This document shows positions 40,508 to 50,614 of a stretch of DNA of 64,000 nucleotides, in pieces. Origin of the DNA: Ignavibacteriota bacterium (GTDB taxonomy: Bacteria > Bacteroidota > Ignavibacteria > UBA10030 > UBA6906); the NCBI GenBank assembly GCA_963801355.1, contig CAWDEM010000008.1, positions 640,001 through 704,000 of the forward strand, in the 5' to 3' direction. The stretch's first letter is position 1. Each line of letters opens with the position of its first letter. Under the pieces are notes generated by a model. That model was not told the origin of the DNA. It saw only the letters and a list, made by a program, of their open reading frames with translations, and did no database searches. The position numbers were made by a program, and so were the translations under genes.

Positions 40508-43500
40508 TCATGACCGGGTCGACAGATCCCCGATGAATCGTACGCTGTGATCTCCCAGAAGGAGCTTTGCTCCCTCCTGAAATTGCTCCGTCGGATCCAC
40601 TCTGTAGCGGGGTGAATGAAACATGCTCGGCCGTTGCTGCTTGCCCTCGAGCGAGATGTAGCACGGGCAGTTTCCTGGATGTTGTTCCAGCAATACCCTC
40701 AGATCGTGAATTGCCTGTTCGCGGACGCCATCGACGTTGATGGAGAGAATGACGCTCCGCGTGAACTTCTCCTTGACTTTGCTGATGGGGTACACTTCGT
40801 TCACCAGAACGCGCAGCTGATCGCCGTTGAGTTCTCCCTTCCCCACGACCATGACAATGGCATCCGGGATGAGCAGATGTTGGTACTTCGTGTACGGGTC
40901 GGAGAAGACGATGCACTCACACTTTCCGGTGAAATCCTCGATCGCCACGAACGCCATCATGTTATTGCGCCGGTCGGGCTTCCTCCGGACCGAGGTGACG
41001 ATGCCGCACGCGCGCACCGTTGCGTTGGCTTTCAATTCGCCCACCTCGCCCAGGTGGACGGTCGCGAACTGCTTGATCTCATCTTCATATTTCAGGAGCG
41101 GGTGGCCCGAGACGTAGAGGCCCACAACGGACTTCTCCTTCGCCAGTTTCTCCGACTCGTTCCAGGGTGCAGCGTCACCGAGCGGAGGGTAGCTCACATG
41201 TGTGGTGCTCTCATCGCCGAAGCCGAACAGGCTCTCCTGGCCGGTCGCGCTGTGGCTCTGCGACATCTGTCCGAACTGCATTGCACGGTCCACATTGTCC
41301 AACAGCAGTGCGCGGTGCCCGGGGAGTGAGTCGAACGCGCCGGCCTGGATCAGGCTCTCGAGACACTTGCGATTCACCAGGTGGAGGTCGACGCGCAAGC
41401 AAAAATCAAACAGATTCTTGAACGGACCGTCCGCGCGGCGGGCATGCACCACGTTGTCGATTGCGCTCTCTCCAACGTTCTTGATTGCCACCAGGCCGAA
41501 GCGGATGGATCCGTTCACCACGGCAAAATCCTTTCCGCTTTCGTTTACGTCCGGCGGAAGAACACGGAGTGCGCTGTGGCGGCAATCGTCGATCAAAGGG
41601 GGGATCTTGTCTGTGTTGCCGATTTCCGACGTCAGGGTTGAGGCCATGTATTCCGCGGGATAGTGTGCCTTCAGGTACGCAGTCTGGTAGGCGATCACCG
41701 AGTAGGCGACACTGTGCGATTTGTTGAAGCCGTACGAAGCGAACTTCTCGATGAGGTCAAAGATTTCTTCTGCAGGGCGTTTGTCCATCCCGCGACTCAC
41801 AGCGCCCTCGACAAACTCTTTTTTCATATTCGCCATGAGGTCTTTGTCCTTCTTACCCATGGCACGCCGCATGAGATCCGCCTTGGCCAGTGAAAAGCCG
41901 GCGACTCCGCTGGCGATTTTCATCACCTGCTCCTGGTATACGATAACGCCGTAAGTCTCCTTCAGAATCGGTTCCAGGGTCGGATGGGCGTATTTGATCG
42001 CCTGCAGGCCGTGTTTGCGGGAGATGAAATCCCCGATCATCTCCATCGGACCGGGCCGGTAGAGGGCGTTCATGGCGACGAGGTCGCTGATGCAGGTCGG
42101 CTTCAGCTTGCGCAGCCAGTCGCGCATACCCGTACTTTCAAACTGGAAGACCGCGACCGTGTCGCCCCGGGAGAACAGGGCGAATGTATTCTGATCATCT
42201 TCCGGGATCGCATCCAGATCGATTGCCACGTTGTGGTTTTCCCGGATCATGCGCAGGGCGTTCTCCATCACGGAGAGTGTCCGGAGCCCCAGGAAATCCA
42301 TCTTCAGGAGTCCCGCCTTTTCGAGGTCCTTCATATTGTACTGCGTCATCACCTCGGTGGTCGGCGTTTTGTAGAGCGGGACATAGTCCGAAATAGAGCC
42401 GGGAGCGATCACAACGCCGGCCGCATGCATACCTGCATTGCGGTTCAATCCCTCCAGTGCCAGGGAAGCGGAGACCAGTATCCGTATCTTTTCGTCGGCG
42501 CTTTCCTTCACCCATTTGAGGTCGGGGATAGTCTCAAGGGCGTCTTTGAGCGGTCGGACCTTCCCCTGCTCCACGGGGATCTGTTTGGTGATAGACTCGA
42601 TCGTGCTGAGAGGGATGCCCAGCACCCGTCCGACGTCTTTGAGCACGGCCCGCGCGGAGAGGGTGCCGAAGGTAATGATTTGCGAAACTGAATCAGCGCC
42701 GTACTTGTCACGCACGTACTGAATCACCTTTTCCCGTTTGTCATCGGCGAAATCCACGTCAATATCGGGCATGCTGATGCGGTCGGGGTTGAGGAAGCGC
42801 TCGAACAGGAGATCATATTTCAGCGGGTCAACGTTGGTTATGCGCAGCGAGTAGGAGACGATGCTCCCGGCAGCACTTCCGCGTCCCGGGCCCACGGCGA
42901 CGCCCATTTCGCGTGCTGCGCGGATAAAATCCTGAACAATGAGAAAATAGCCCGCGTACCCCATTTTCTTGATGACATCGATCTCATGCTCCAGGCGTTG
43001 CAGCATCTCGGGCGTCTGCTGGGCGTAGCGCTCCGAGAAGCCCTTTCGGGCAAGCTGCTCGAAGAAATCATCCAGCGTCTCGGCGCCGGAATCCGCCGGT
43101 ATCGGGAACTGGGGCATCTTGTTCCCTTTGAGCGAGAGCTCCAGATTGCACTTCTCGGCAATCTCGAGGGTCGAGGAAATGGCCTCAGGAAAATCTCTGA
43201 AGAGATCGGTCATCTCCTTGGTAGACTTAAAGTACGCCTGATCCGTCTGATATCGCAGTTTAGCATAATCCTGTGTCGTCCCGGCGGTTGAATCCGGGAT
43301 GAGAAGGAGGATGTTGTGGGCAATGGCGTGATCGTGGCTGATGTAGTGGATATCGTTCGTGCAGACCAGCTTGAGTCCCAGTTCTTTTGCCAGCTTCGGA
43401 GCTTTTCTGCGGACCACCGCTTCGCGGTCTATGCCATGATCCTGGATCTCGATGTAGAAATCCTCGCCAAAGATATCCTTGTAGATCTCCGCCGCCTCGT

Positions 43501-43987
43501 AGGCCTCCCTGTCGTTGCCGTTCGCGAGATGGGCGGAGACAACGCCGCCGGCACAGGCAGAAGTTGCCAGGAGTCCCTCGCGGTACTGGCGTAGCAGTTC
43601 GGCGTCAATGCGAGGCTTGTAGTAAAACCCTTCAAGGTGAGCGAGCGTGCACAGCTTGATGAGGTTCTTATACCCCACTTCGTTCTTGGCGAGCAGAACC
43701 AGGTGATGATACGCCGCGCGTTTTCCTCCCGATTCTGTTTGTTGCGTGCTCCGGTCCTGACGGTTCCCCTTTGTCAGGATGTATGCCTCCATCCCGATGA
43801 TCGGCTTGATGCCTGCCTTCTGGGCCTTCTTGTAGAATTCGATGGCGCCAAAGAGCACCCCGTGGTCGGTAAGGGCAATCGCCGGCATCTTCTCTGCGAC
43901 GGCGGCAGCAATCAGATCATCGATGCGGCAGGCCGCGTCGAGGAGGCTGTAATGTGAATGGTTGTGCAGATGAACGAACTGATTCAT
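40508..43987 (-). CDS. dnaE: DNA polymerase III alpha subunit
   Basis: PHP domain (HLHNHS, TDHG), GPGRGSAAGS, PDIDVDF, KMDFLGL, YGFNKSH. Confidence 0.98.
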   Translation of the reverse strand: MNQFVHLHNHSHYSLLDAACRIDDLIAAAVAEKMPAIALTDHGVLFGAIEFYKKAQKAGIKPIIGMEAYILTKGNRQDRSTQQTESGGKRAAYHHLVLLAKNEVGYKNLIKLCTLAHLEGFYYKPRIDAELLRQYREGLLATSACAGGVVSAHLANGNDREAYEAAEIYKDIFGEDFYIEIQDHGIDREAVVRRKAPKLAKELGLKLVCTNDIHYISHDHAIAHNILLLIPDSTAGTTQDYAKLRYQTDQAYFKSTKEMTDLFRDFPEAISSTLEIAEKCNLELSLKGNKMPQFPIPADSGAETLDDFFEQLARKGFSERYAQQTPEMLQRLEHEIDVIKKMGYAGYFLIVQDFIRAAREMGVAVGPGRGSAAGSIVSYSLRITNVDPLKYDLLFERFLNPDRISMPDIDVDFADDKREKVIQYVRDKYGADSVSQIITFGTLSARAVLKDVGRVLGIPLSTIESITKQIPVEQGKVRPLKDALETIPDLKWVKESADEKIRILVSASLALEGLNRNAGMHAAGVVIAPGSISDYVPLYKTPTTEVMTQYNMKDLEKAGLLKMDFLGLRTLSVMENALRMIRENHNVAIDLDAIPEDDQNTFALFSRGDTVAVFQFESTGMRDWLRKLKPTCISDLVAMNALYRPGPMEMIGDFISRKHGLQAIKYAHPTLEPILKETYGVIVYQEQVMKIASGVAGFSLAKADLMRRAMGKKDKDLMANMKKEFVEGAVSRGMDKRPAEEIFDLIEKFASYGFNKSHSVAYSVIAYQTAYLKAHYPAEYMASTLTSEIGNTDKIPPLIDDCRHSALRVLPPDVNESGKDFAVVNGSIRFGLVAIKNVGESAIDNVVHARRADGPFKNLFDFCLRVDLHLVNRKCLESLIQAGAFDSLPGHRALLLDNVDRAMQFGQMSQSHSATGQESLFGFGDESTTHVSYPPLGDAAPWNESEKLAKEKSVVGLYVSGHPLLKYEDEIKQFATVHLGEVGELKANATVRACGIVTSVRRKPDRRNNMMAFVAIEDFTGKCECIVFSDPYTKYQHLLIPDAIVMVVGKGELNGDQLRVLVNEVYPISKVKEKFTRSVILSINVDGVREQAIHDLRVLLEQHPGNCPCYISLEGKQQRPSMFHSPRYRVDPTEQFQEGAKLLLGDHSVRFIGDLSTRS

Positions 43988-44064
43988 GAGGTTTTCCGAT
44001 AAGACAAACGGCGCCGCGCGGACGCCCGGGATTTCGAGTTCAGATCACTGGATACACCAGGGGC

Positions 44065-44093
44065 AACTTAGGAGCAACGGTCCGTGAAGTCAA
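44065..44093 (-). promoter_or_regulatory. Sigma70-type promoter for dnaE-trxA
   Basis: TTGACT-17 bp-TAAGTT. Confidence 0.55.
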
Positions 44094-44195
44094 GTAGTAC
44101 CGCTGACAACTTTTACACATTCTTTGCAGAGAAGAAGGTGGACAACGGACAGAGTACCTCGAATCATCCGACGATGAAGCGGCCAAACCCCAGAG

Positions 44196-45617
44196 TCACA
44201 TAGGATTCACGACAAGCAGCTTAAGTTCGGTCATCTCCTCCATCGCGTACCTCACGCCTTCCCTCCCAAACCCTGAGTCCTTCACTCCGCCATACGGCAT
44301 GTGATCGATTCTGTACGTGGGGACGTCATTCAGGACCACTGCACCCACCTCAAGCCGATCATACGCCAGCAATGCTTTTTGCAGACTACCCGTGAAGAGT
44401 CCGGCCTGCAGTCCGTACACCGAAGCATTTACGCGCTCCAGCGCTTCCTCGAACCGGTCGTACGGCTCGATCGTCATAACGGGTGCGAAAGCCTCGAGGC
44501 AACTCACTTTCATTTCCGGAGAAACGTTCTCGAGTATAGTCGGGTTGAGGATTGAACCTTCCCGGCCACCACCGCAGGCAATGTGAGCACCGGTCGACAC
44601 TGCCTCACGGATCCACTCCTCGATTTTCGAAGCCGCCGCTTCCGTGATCATCGGCCCTACCAGTGTGCGCTCATCGAAAGGATCTCCGACCGGAAGTGCA
44701 GAAGCAAGCGCAATCAACTGCTCCCGGGCGTGCTCCCATATTGTCCTGTGCAGGTAAACGCGTTGAACGGAGATGCACGACTGCCCCGCATTGGCGAATG
44801 CGCCGTTGACAATCTTGCGCACAGCCGGTTCCAGGTCCGCATCGGGCTCCACGATCACACCCGCATTCCCACCCAACTCGAGTGTAACACGCTTCTTGCC
44901 GGCTTTCCCTTTAAGGCTCCAGCCGACATCAGGACTTCCCGTGAAGGTGATGAGCTTAATTCTTTCATCTGTAACGAGTTGACTGCTATCATCTCCAGAA
45001 CAAGGGACAACGTTGAACGCACCTCTGGTCAGCCTTGTCTGCTCTATGACTTGAGCCAGCATGAGCGACACTTGTGGAGAGTTGGAAGAAGGTTTCAGGA
45101 CGATAGAATTCCCTGCCGCGATTGCAGGGGCCACCTTATGCGCCACCAGATTCAGAGGGAAGTTGAACGGAGTTATCGCCCCGATCGGCCCGAGTGGGAA
45201 GCGGCGGGCGAGACCGAATCTGCCGGCAGACTGTGCGTTCAGGTCCAGCGGGAGCACGTCGCCCTCTATCCGGCGTGCCTCATCGGCTGCTATCGAAAAG
45301 GTGAATATGCTCCGGTCTACTTCGGCGCGGGCCAGGGAAATCGGTTTGCCGGTCTCCAAAGTAATCATCCGGGCAAATTCCTCCCGCCGGTCCTGAATTC
45401 CTGCCTCAATCGCTCTGAGAATCGTATGCCGCTCCAGGGAACTGGTGCGCCTCGTGGCCGAGAAAGCGGCTGCTGCGGACCCTATTGCGTGGTCAATGTC
45501 CTTCGGAGTAGCCTGGCACACTTCACCCGCGGGACGGTCATTGTACGGGTTCCTGACGATCCGTACTCTGGCTGATTCCCTCCATTCACCCGCAGTATAA
45601 AAGGGCCATGGCGGCAT
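44196..45617 (-). CDS. Aldehyde dehydrogenase family protein
   Basis: ITPFNFP, FTGS, LELGGN, GQSCIS, PYGGVKDSGFGREG. Confidence 0.94.
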   Translation of the reverse strand: MPPWPFYTAGEWRESARVRIVRNPYNDRPAGEVCQATPKDIDHAIGSAAAAFSATRRTSSLERHTILRAIEAGIQDRREEFARMITLETGKPISLARAEVDRSIFTFSIAADEARRIEGDVLPLDLNAQSAGRFGLARRFPLGPIGAITPFNFPLNLVAHKVAPAIAAGNSIVLKPSSNSPQVSLMLAQVIEQTRLTRGAFNVVPCSGDDSSQLVTDERIKLITFTGSPDVGWSLKGKAGKKRVTLELGGNAGVIVEPDADLEPAVRKIVNGAFANAGQSCISVQRVYLHRTIWEHAREQLIALASALPVGDPFDERTLVGPMITEAAASKIEEWIREAVSTGAHIACGGGREGSILNPTILENVSPEMKVSCLEAFAPVMTIEPYDRFEEALERVNASVYGLQAGLFTGSLQKALLAYDRLEVGAVVLNDVPTYRIDHMPYGGVKDSGFGREGVRYAMEEMTELKLLVVNPM

Positions 45618-45628
45618 GCGTCATCTCA

Positions 45629-47344
45629 TCAATTGTCTATCATCGATCGTCCATAGTCAATCAGTCTTTCTCTCTCCACAAAGACTCTCTCCCCTGTTTT
45701 CCGCACTTTGATTTCCACCTTCCCCTGCGAGAGGTTTTTTTCACCCACGATCACCTGATAGGGCATGCCGAGCAGGTCGGCATCCTTGAATTTGAACCCG
45801 GGGCTCACGTCGGTTCGATCGTCGAAAAGCACCTCAAAACCTGCGGCGGTCATTTCCTGGTAGAGAGATTCCGAAGCATCCAGCACCTGTTTGCTCTTGG
45901 TCCCCACGGAGATCAAATGGAACATGAACGGTGCAAGGGATTTGTCCCAGACGATGCCGTTCTTATCATGATTTTGTTCGATATGGCATGCTACGATGCG
46001 ATCCACGCCGATGCCGTAGCTTCCCATGATGATGGGCTGTTCCTTGCCGTTCTCGTCGAGAAACTTGGCGCCGAGGGCGTCTGCGTATTTCGTCCCCAGC
46101 TTGAAGATGTGTCCCAGCTCCACTCCTTTCACCACGCGGAGCGGACCGTTTCCGTCAGGGCTTTCTTCGCCCTCTTGGATCGTGCGGAGGTCGTAGTACC
46201 CGTCGATGGTACAGTCGCGCTCCAGGTCAATGTTCATCAGGTGATAGTCGTTCTTGTTCGCGCCGCTTGTCAAGTTGTTTGCTCTCTTCAGGCGGCTGTC
46301 GGCGATGATCTTGAAATGCTTGCTGGCTGGTGTGCGCTCGCGCAGCCCGACCGGGCCGATGGACCCACCCTCAGCGCCCGTGAGTTCCAGAAGCTTCTCC
46401 GCCTCAATGGGTCGCACTTCCTTCCCCATCGCCGTCATCAGTTTTGCTTCGTTCAGCTCATCGTTGCCGAGCATCAGGACAAGCACCGGTGTTTCATCTG
46501 CCCAGTAGACGACGGATTTTGCGAGACGGCTCTGGTCGACGCGGAGAAAGTCCGCAACCTGGTCGATGGTCTTGATACCCGGTGTGTGTACTTCCTTCAA
46601 CGGTTTGCTCTCCGGATCTCTCGGCGCGTCGGGGACGCGTGACGTCGCGATTTCAACGTTTGCTGCATACCGGTTGTCTGCGGACACGGCGATCACATCT
46701 TCTCCGGCGTCGGATTCCATCATGAATTCCTGCGAGCCTGTTCCGCCCATCGCGCCGCTGGATGCACCGACGATGAAGAAATTCAGACCGCACCGTGAGA
46801 AGATGTTCTTGTACGCCTGCGCGTGCAGGTCATAGCTGACATCCAGGCCCTGCCATGAAGAATCCAGACTGTAGCTGTCTTTCATAAGAAACTGGCGTCC
46901 GCGTAGCACACCGGAGCGGGGTCGGGGCTCATTCCGGAATTTCGTCTGGATCTGGTACCACATCTGCGGCATTTGCTTGTACGAGGAGATGTGGTTCTTC
47001 GCGAGCCAGCAGATCACTTCCTCATGGGTCGGCGCGAGAACAAGCGGACGGTTCTTCACATGAAAGAGAATGTCGCCAAATGCCTTCACGCGACCTGTCT
47101 CCTCCCACAACTCGATCGGGCTCAACGCAGGCAGGTGCAGTTCTTGTGCCCCGATGGCATCCATTTCCTGCCTGATGATCTCCATCGCTTTCTTCAAAGC
47201 ACGGTAGCCCAGGGGAAGGAACGCATAGATGCCCGCTGCGAGGGCCCGGACCATCCCGGCCCGGATCATCAGTTGATGGCTCGGTATTACGGCTTCTGTG
47301 GGTGTCTCTTTGACCGTGGGGATAAAGCCGGAGCTGAGGCGCAT
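45629..47344 (-). CDS. proS: Proline--tRNA ligase (bacterial type with INS editing domain)
   Basis: LAPTHEE, KFRNEPRPRSG, ELGHIFKLGTKY, MGSYGIG. Confidence 0.97.
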   Translation of the reverse strand: MRLSSGFIPTVKETPTEAVIPSHQLMIRAGMVRALAAGIYAFLPLGYRALKKAMEIIRQEMDAIGAQELHLPALSPIELWEETGRVKAFGDILFHVKNRPLVLAPTHEEVICWLAKNHISSYKQMPQMWYQIQTKFRNEPRPRSGVLRGRQFLMKDSYSLDSSWQGLDVSYDLHAQAYKNIFSRCGLNFFIVGASSGAMGGTGSQEFMMESDAGEDVIAVSADNRYAANVEIATSRVPDAPRDPESKPLKEVHTPGIKTIDQVADFLRVDQSRLAKSVVYWADETPVLVLMLGNDELNEAKLMTAMGKEVRPIEAEKLLELTGAEGGSIGPVGLRERTPASKHFKIIADSRLKRANNLTSGANKNDYHLMNIDLERDCTIDGYYDLRTIQEGEESPDGNGPLRVVKGVELGHIFKLGTKYADALGAKFLDENGKEQPIIMGSYGIGVDRIVACHIEQNHDKNGIVWDKSLAPFMFHLISVGTKSKQVLDASESLYQEMTAAGFEVLFDDRTDVSPGFKFKDADLLGMPYQVIVGEKNLSQGKVEIKVRKTGERVFVERERLIDYGRSMIDN

Positions 47345-47417
47345 ACCTGTTCTGTGGTAGTGGACGTATCGTATAAGATACGCAAATGCAGCGGGCGAAT
47401 CAAGAAACGGCGGAGCG

Positions 47418-48278
47418 TTACTTCACATGCTTCAAGAAGGTTCCGTTGCGATATTCGCGGAAGGCCGTATTCAGTTCTTCGTCCGTGTTCATGACGATCG
47501 GACCCTGCCATGCGACAGGTTCACCGAGAGGCTTGCCGGCGATCAACAGAAGTCTTGCTCCCTTCGCGGAGGTCGTGGCCGTGATTTCGTCGCCGTCCTT
47601 GAAGTGCACGAGGCGTGGACTCCCGATGAATTCGTCCGCGCCCGGACCGAAGGAGGCCTCACCCTCGTACAGATACGCAAACGCCGTGTGTCCTTTTGTC
47701 ACCGGGACCGTGACTGCACCCATGGGTGCGATGTGAACATCGAGGTAGAGAGGTTCGATCACGATTTCTTTGACGGGGCCATCTGTTCCCTGGAATCTAC
47801 CCGCAACGATCTTCACCGTCGCGCCGGACCCGTTGGAAACTTCGGGGATGCTGTCTGCAACCACTTCCTGATATCTGGGATGCATCATTTTCTGGCGTGC
47901 GGGAAGGTTTGCCCAGAGCTGAAAGCCGCTCATATGCCCATCACTTCCGCCTTGCGGCATCTCCTGATGAATAATCCCGCTGCCGGCGGTCATCCACTGG
48001 ACATCTCCTGTGCCGATCACCCCTTTGTTACCCATGCTGTCCTGATGTTCGACGGTTCCCTCAAGGACATAGGTAATGGTTTCCATTCCTCTATGCGGGT
48101 GCCAGGGGAAACCTGCAAGGTAGTCGGCAGGGTTCGAAGACCCGAAATGGTCCAGGAGCAGGAACGGATCGTACTTCGTGGGCTCCCCGAACCCGATAAC
48201 GCGCTGTAGATGGACTCCTGCACCTTCGATCGTGGACCTGGTTCGCGATATGGCGGCAATGGAACGATTCTGGGGCAT
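47418..48278 (-). CDS. Pirin-family protein
   Basis: PFLLLDHF, HPHRGMETITY, QWMTAGSGIIHQE, GPIVMNT. Confidence 0.94.
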   Translation of the reverse strand: MPQNRSIAAISRTRSTIEGAGVHLQRVIGFGEPTKYDPFLLLDHFGSSNPADYLAGFPWHPHRGMETITYVLEGTVEHQDSMGNKGVIGTGDVQWMTAGSGIIHQEMPQGGSDGHMSGFQLWANLPARQKMMHPRYQEVVADSIPEVSNGSGATVKIVAGRFQGTDGPVKEIVIEPLYLDVHIAPMGAVTVPVTKGHTAFAYLYEGEASFGPGADEFIGSPRLVHFKDGDEITATTSAKGARLLLIAGKPLGEPVAWQGPIVMNTDEELNTAFREYRNGTFLKHVK

Positions 48279-48422
48279 GGTAGTTCTCCTATGGTTGACG
48301 CTGGCATCAGGATCGGGTAACTTTCCTGCGACATGTAGGATTGCTTTCAAAATTATCGCATCATCCCGCGAATGTCAACTCCCGGTTCTTGTGATTTAAC
48401 ATTGAATTGTGCATGATAGTTC

Positions 48423-49892
48423 ATGCAAAACTCTAAGCTCTTCCCTGCCATCGGGTTGGTGTTGATTTCAGTCCTTGTCCTGGCATTTGCCGTTGAGCGG
48501 GCGCACGCCGCACCTCATCCCGCTCAGGCCCGATTGTTCGATATTGTGATCCAGAACGGCAGGGTCATGGACCCCGACCGGCGTTTGGATAGCGTACTCA
48601 ACGTCGGAATTCTCGGCGGGGCCATACGGGCGGTGACGGCTGATCCGTTGCCGGCGAAGCGGACGATTGATGCCAGGGGGATGGTAATTGCCCCCGGGTT
48701 CATTGACATACTTTCGTATGATCCAGTGGAACCGGGTACGTGGACGAAGATCGCCGACGGCGTCACCACGAACCTTGCCATGCACGGTGGCGCAGTCGAG
48801 CCTGACAGCTGGTACCGCGCGGTGGCCGGGCAATCACCTCCCGTGAATTACGGTGCCTCATTCTTCTACAATGCGGCCCGCGTGCGGTTCGTCAAAGACC
48901 GCTACGCTCCTGCCCCGGAAGAAATCCGCCTGAAGATCCTTGCGATGACTGAAGCAGCGCTCCGCAAGGGCGCCCTGGGCGTCTCATTCGCCCTGGAATA
49001 TGTTCCCGGTGTCAGCGCTGAAGAGATCAAGCCTGCCATGGCTCTGGCGGCGCAGTACGGAGTCCCCGCCTTTTTTCATGCTCGTTTCTCGGACATGGAA
49101 TCGCCGGGCACGAATCTGGACGCTCTCCGGGAGATCATCGGCTATGCACGGACCACACGCGCCGCCGTACACATCGGTCATATCAACAGTACAGGTGGCA
49201 CGTTTTCCATGGGGAGCTCCATCGAATATCTGGATTCCGCTCGGGCCGGGGGCATGGATATCACCGCCTGCATGTATCCGTACACGTACTGGGCGACATA
49301 CTTGAACAGTGCGCGTTTCGATGCCGGCTGGCAGGAGCGGTTCCACATTTCGTACGGAGATCTTCAGCTAGGCGGTTCATCGGAGAGGTTAACGCGGGAG
49401 ACATTCCTGAAGAATCGCCGCCTGGGGAAATTGGCCGTGGCTTATGCAATCCCCGACGAAGACAACCGGATTGCGCTCCGGCAGCCGTACGTGATGATCG
49501 GGAGCGATGCCATTCTGGAACCGGGCTACAACAACCATCCGAGAGCCTCGGGCACATTCTCGAGAACGATTGCGGTGTACGTACGGGAGCAAAATATCAT
49601 TTCGCTCATGGACGCGATAGCGAAGATGACGATCCTGCCGGCGCGCCGCCTGGAGGGGGCGAGTGAGTCGATGAAACGCAAGGGCCGCATCCAGATCGGC
49701 GCCGATGCGGATATTGTGGTCTTTGATCCCGTCCACATCCGAGACCGCGCGACGGTGGAGCATCCGGAGACACCATCCGCGGGCATACACTATGTTCTCG
49801 TTGGAGGGAAGGTTGTGCTCGACGGAGGGGTCTTGCACAGGAACGTGAGGAATGGTTCGGCAGTCAGGGGGCCACTGAGATCTCTCAGGTAG
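48423..49892 (+). CDS. Exported amidohydrolase (N-acyl-D-amino-acid deacylase-like)
   Basis: Signal peptide, APGFID, GVTT, HIGH, MIGSDA, HPRASGTF, KGRIQIGADADIVVFD. Confidence 0.85.
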   Translation: MQNSKLFPAIGLVLISVLVLAFAVERAHAAPHPAQARLFDIVIQNGRVMDPDRRLDSVLNVGILGGAIRAVTADPLPAKRTIDARGMVIAPGFIDILSYDPVEPGTWTKIADGVTTNLAMHGGAVEPDSWYRAVAGQSPPVNYGASFFYNAARVRFVKDRYAPAPEEIRLKILAMTEAALRKGALGVSFALEYVPGVSAEEIKPAMALAAQYGVPAFFHARFSDMESPGTNLDALREIIGYARTTRAAVHIGHINSTGGTFSMGSSIEYLDSARAGGMDITACMYPYTYWATYLNSARFDAGWQERFHISYGDLQLGGSSERLTRETFLKNRRLGKLAVAYAIPDEDNRIALRQPYVMIGSDAILEPGYNNHPRASGTFSRTIAVYVREQNIISLMDAIAKMTILPARRLEGASESMKRKGRIQIGADADIVVFDPVHIRDRATVEHPETPSAGIHYVLVGGKVVLDGGVLHRNVRNGSAVRGPLRSLR

Positions 49893-49911
49893 GCGAATAT
49901 CCGTCGGCAGC

Positions 49912-49947
49912 AAAAGAACGGGGGTGACCGATTGGTCACCCCCGTTC
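49912..49947 (-). terminator. Intrinsic terminator between convergent genes
   Basis: 14-bp perfect stem GAACGGGGGTGACC-GATT-GGTCACCCCCGTTC; U-tract on the minus strand. Confidence 0.85.
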
Positions 49948-49971
49948 GCATTCATCCGGGAGTTTTATTCC

Positions 49972-50526
49972 TTACAACTTGTACGACACACCGATTTTGA
50001 AGAATCCGATATCGTATCCAAGTTCAGCCGTGGCGGCAAATTTCGGACTGAAGTAGTAGCGGCCACCGACGTAAATTCCAAAGCCAAAGTAACCACCGCC
50101 GGCACTATAGGGGAATTCCCGCTCGTTCACCCCATCGAACTTTGCGCTAACGATGTGATACCCCAGCGTCAGGCCGGCGTAGAGATCGGTGTTCTTGAGG
50201 TCCTTGAGTTGATCTGCGAAGTGATATGCTCCGCGGGCTCCCACGAATATGTACGTGTAGGACCACTTGTAGTTATGAGCACCACCCCAATCATACTTGG
50301 ATGTCGAGAACGAGACTATTCCCCCGGCCGAAATATTCGGGACCACTGCATGGTCAAATGACACGAAAATCGGAGGCATGCCCGCAGTTCCATATGCACC
50401 GGGATATCCGAGCCCCAGTCCGGCGGTGAGCACGCTTTCCCCTTTCTTCGACTGCGCTTCAGCATTCGAGAAGAGGATGGCAGAGACGACAAGCAGCACG
50501 GTGAGGACTGCCAGAATATGTTTCAT
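49972..50526 (-). CDS. Outer membrane 8-stranded beta-barrel protein
   Basis: Signal peptide (AEA), alternating aromatic/Gly strands, C-terminal KIGVSYKL. Confidence 0.8.
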   Translation of the reverse strand: MKHILAVLTVLLVVSAILFSNAEAQSKKGESVLTAGLGLGYPGAYGTAGMPPIFVSFDHAVVPNISAGGIVSFSTSKYDWGGAHNYKWSYTYIFVGARGAYHFADQLKDLKNTDLYAGLTLGYHIVSAKFDGVNEREFPYSAGGGYFGFGIYVGGRYYFSPKFAATAELGYDIGFFKIGVSYKL

Positions 50527-50614
50527 CTGTTGTACTCCAGTGATTGTGGGTAAGTTGAGTCCTGAGCCAGCCTCATTGAACAATTGTATAAAATGTACCT
50601 CAATCCCGGGTAAT

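Noticed and set aside
40508-43987. Intein or split in dnaE
   Set aside because: The length (1159 aa) is normal and the motifs are continuous.
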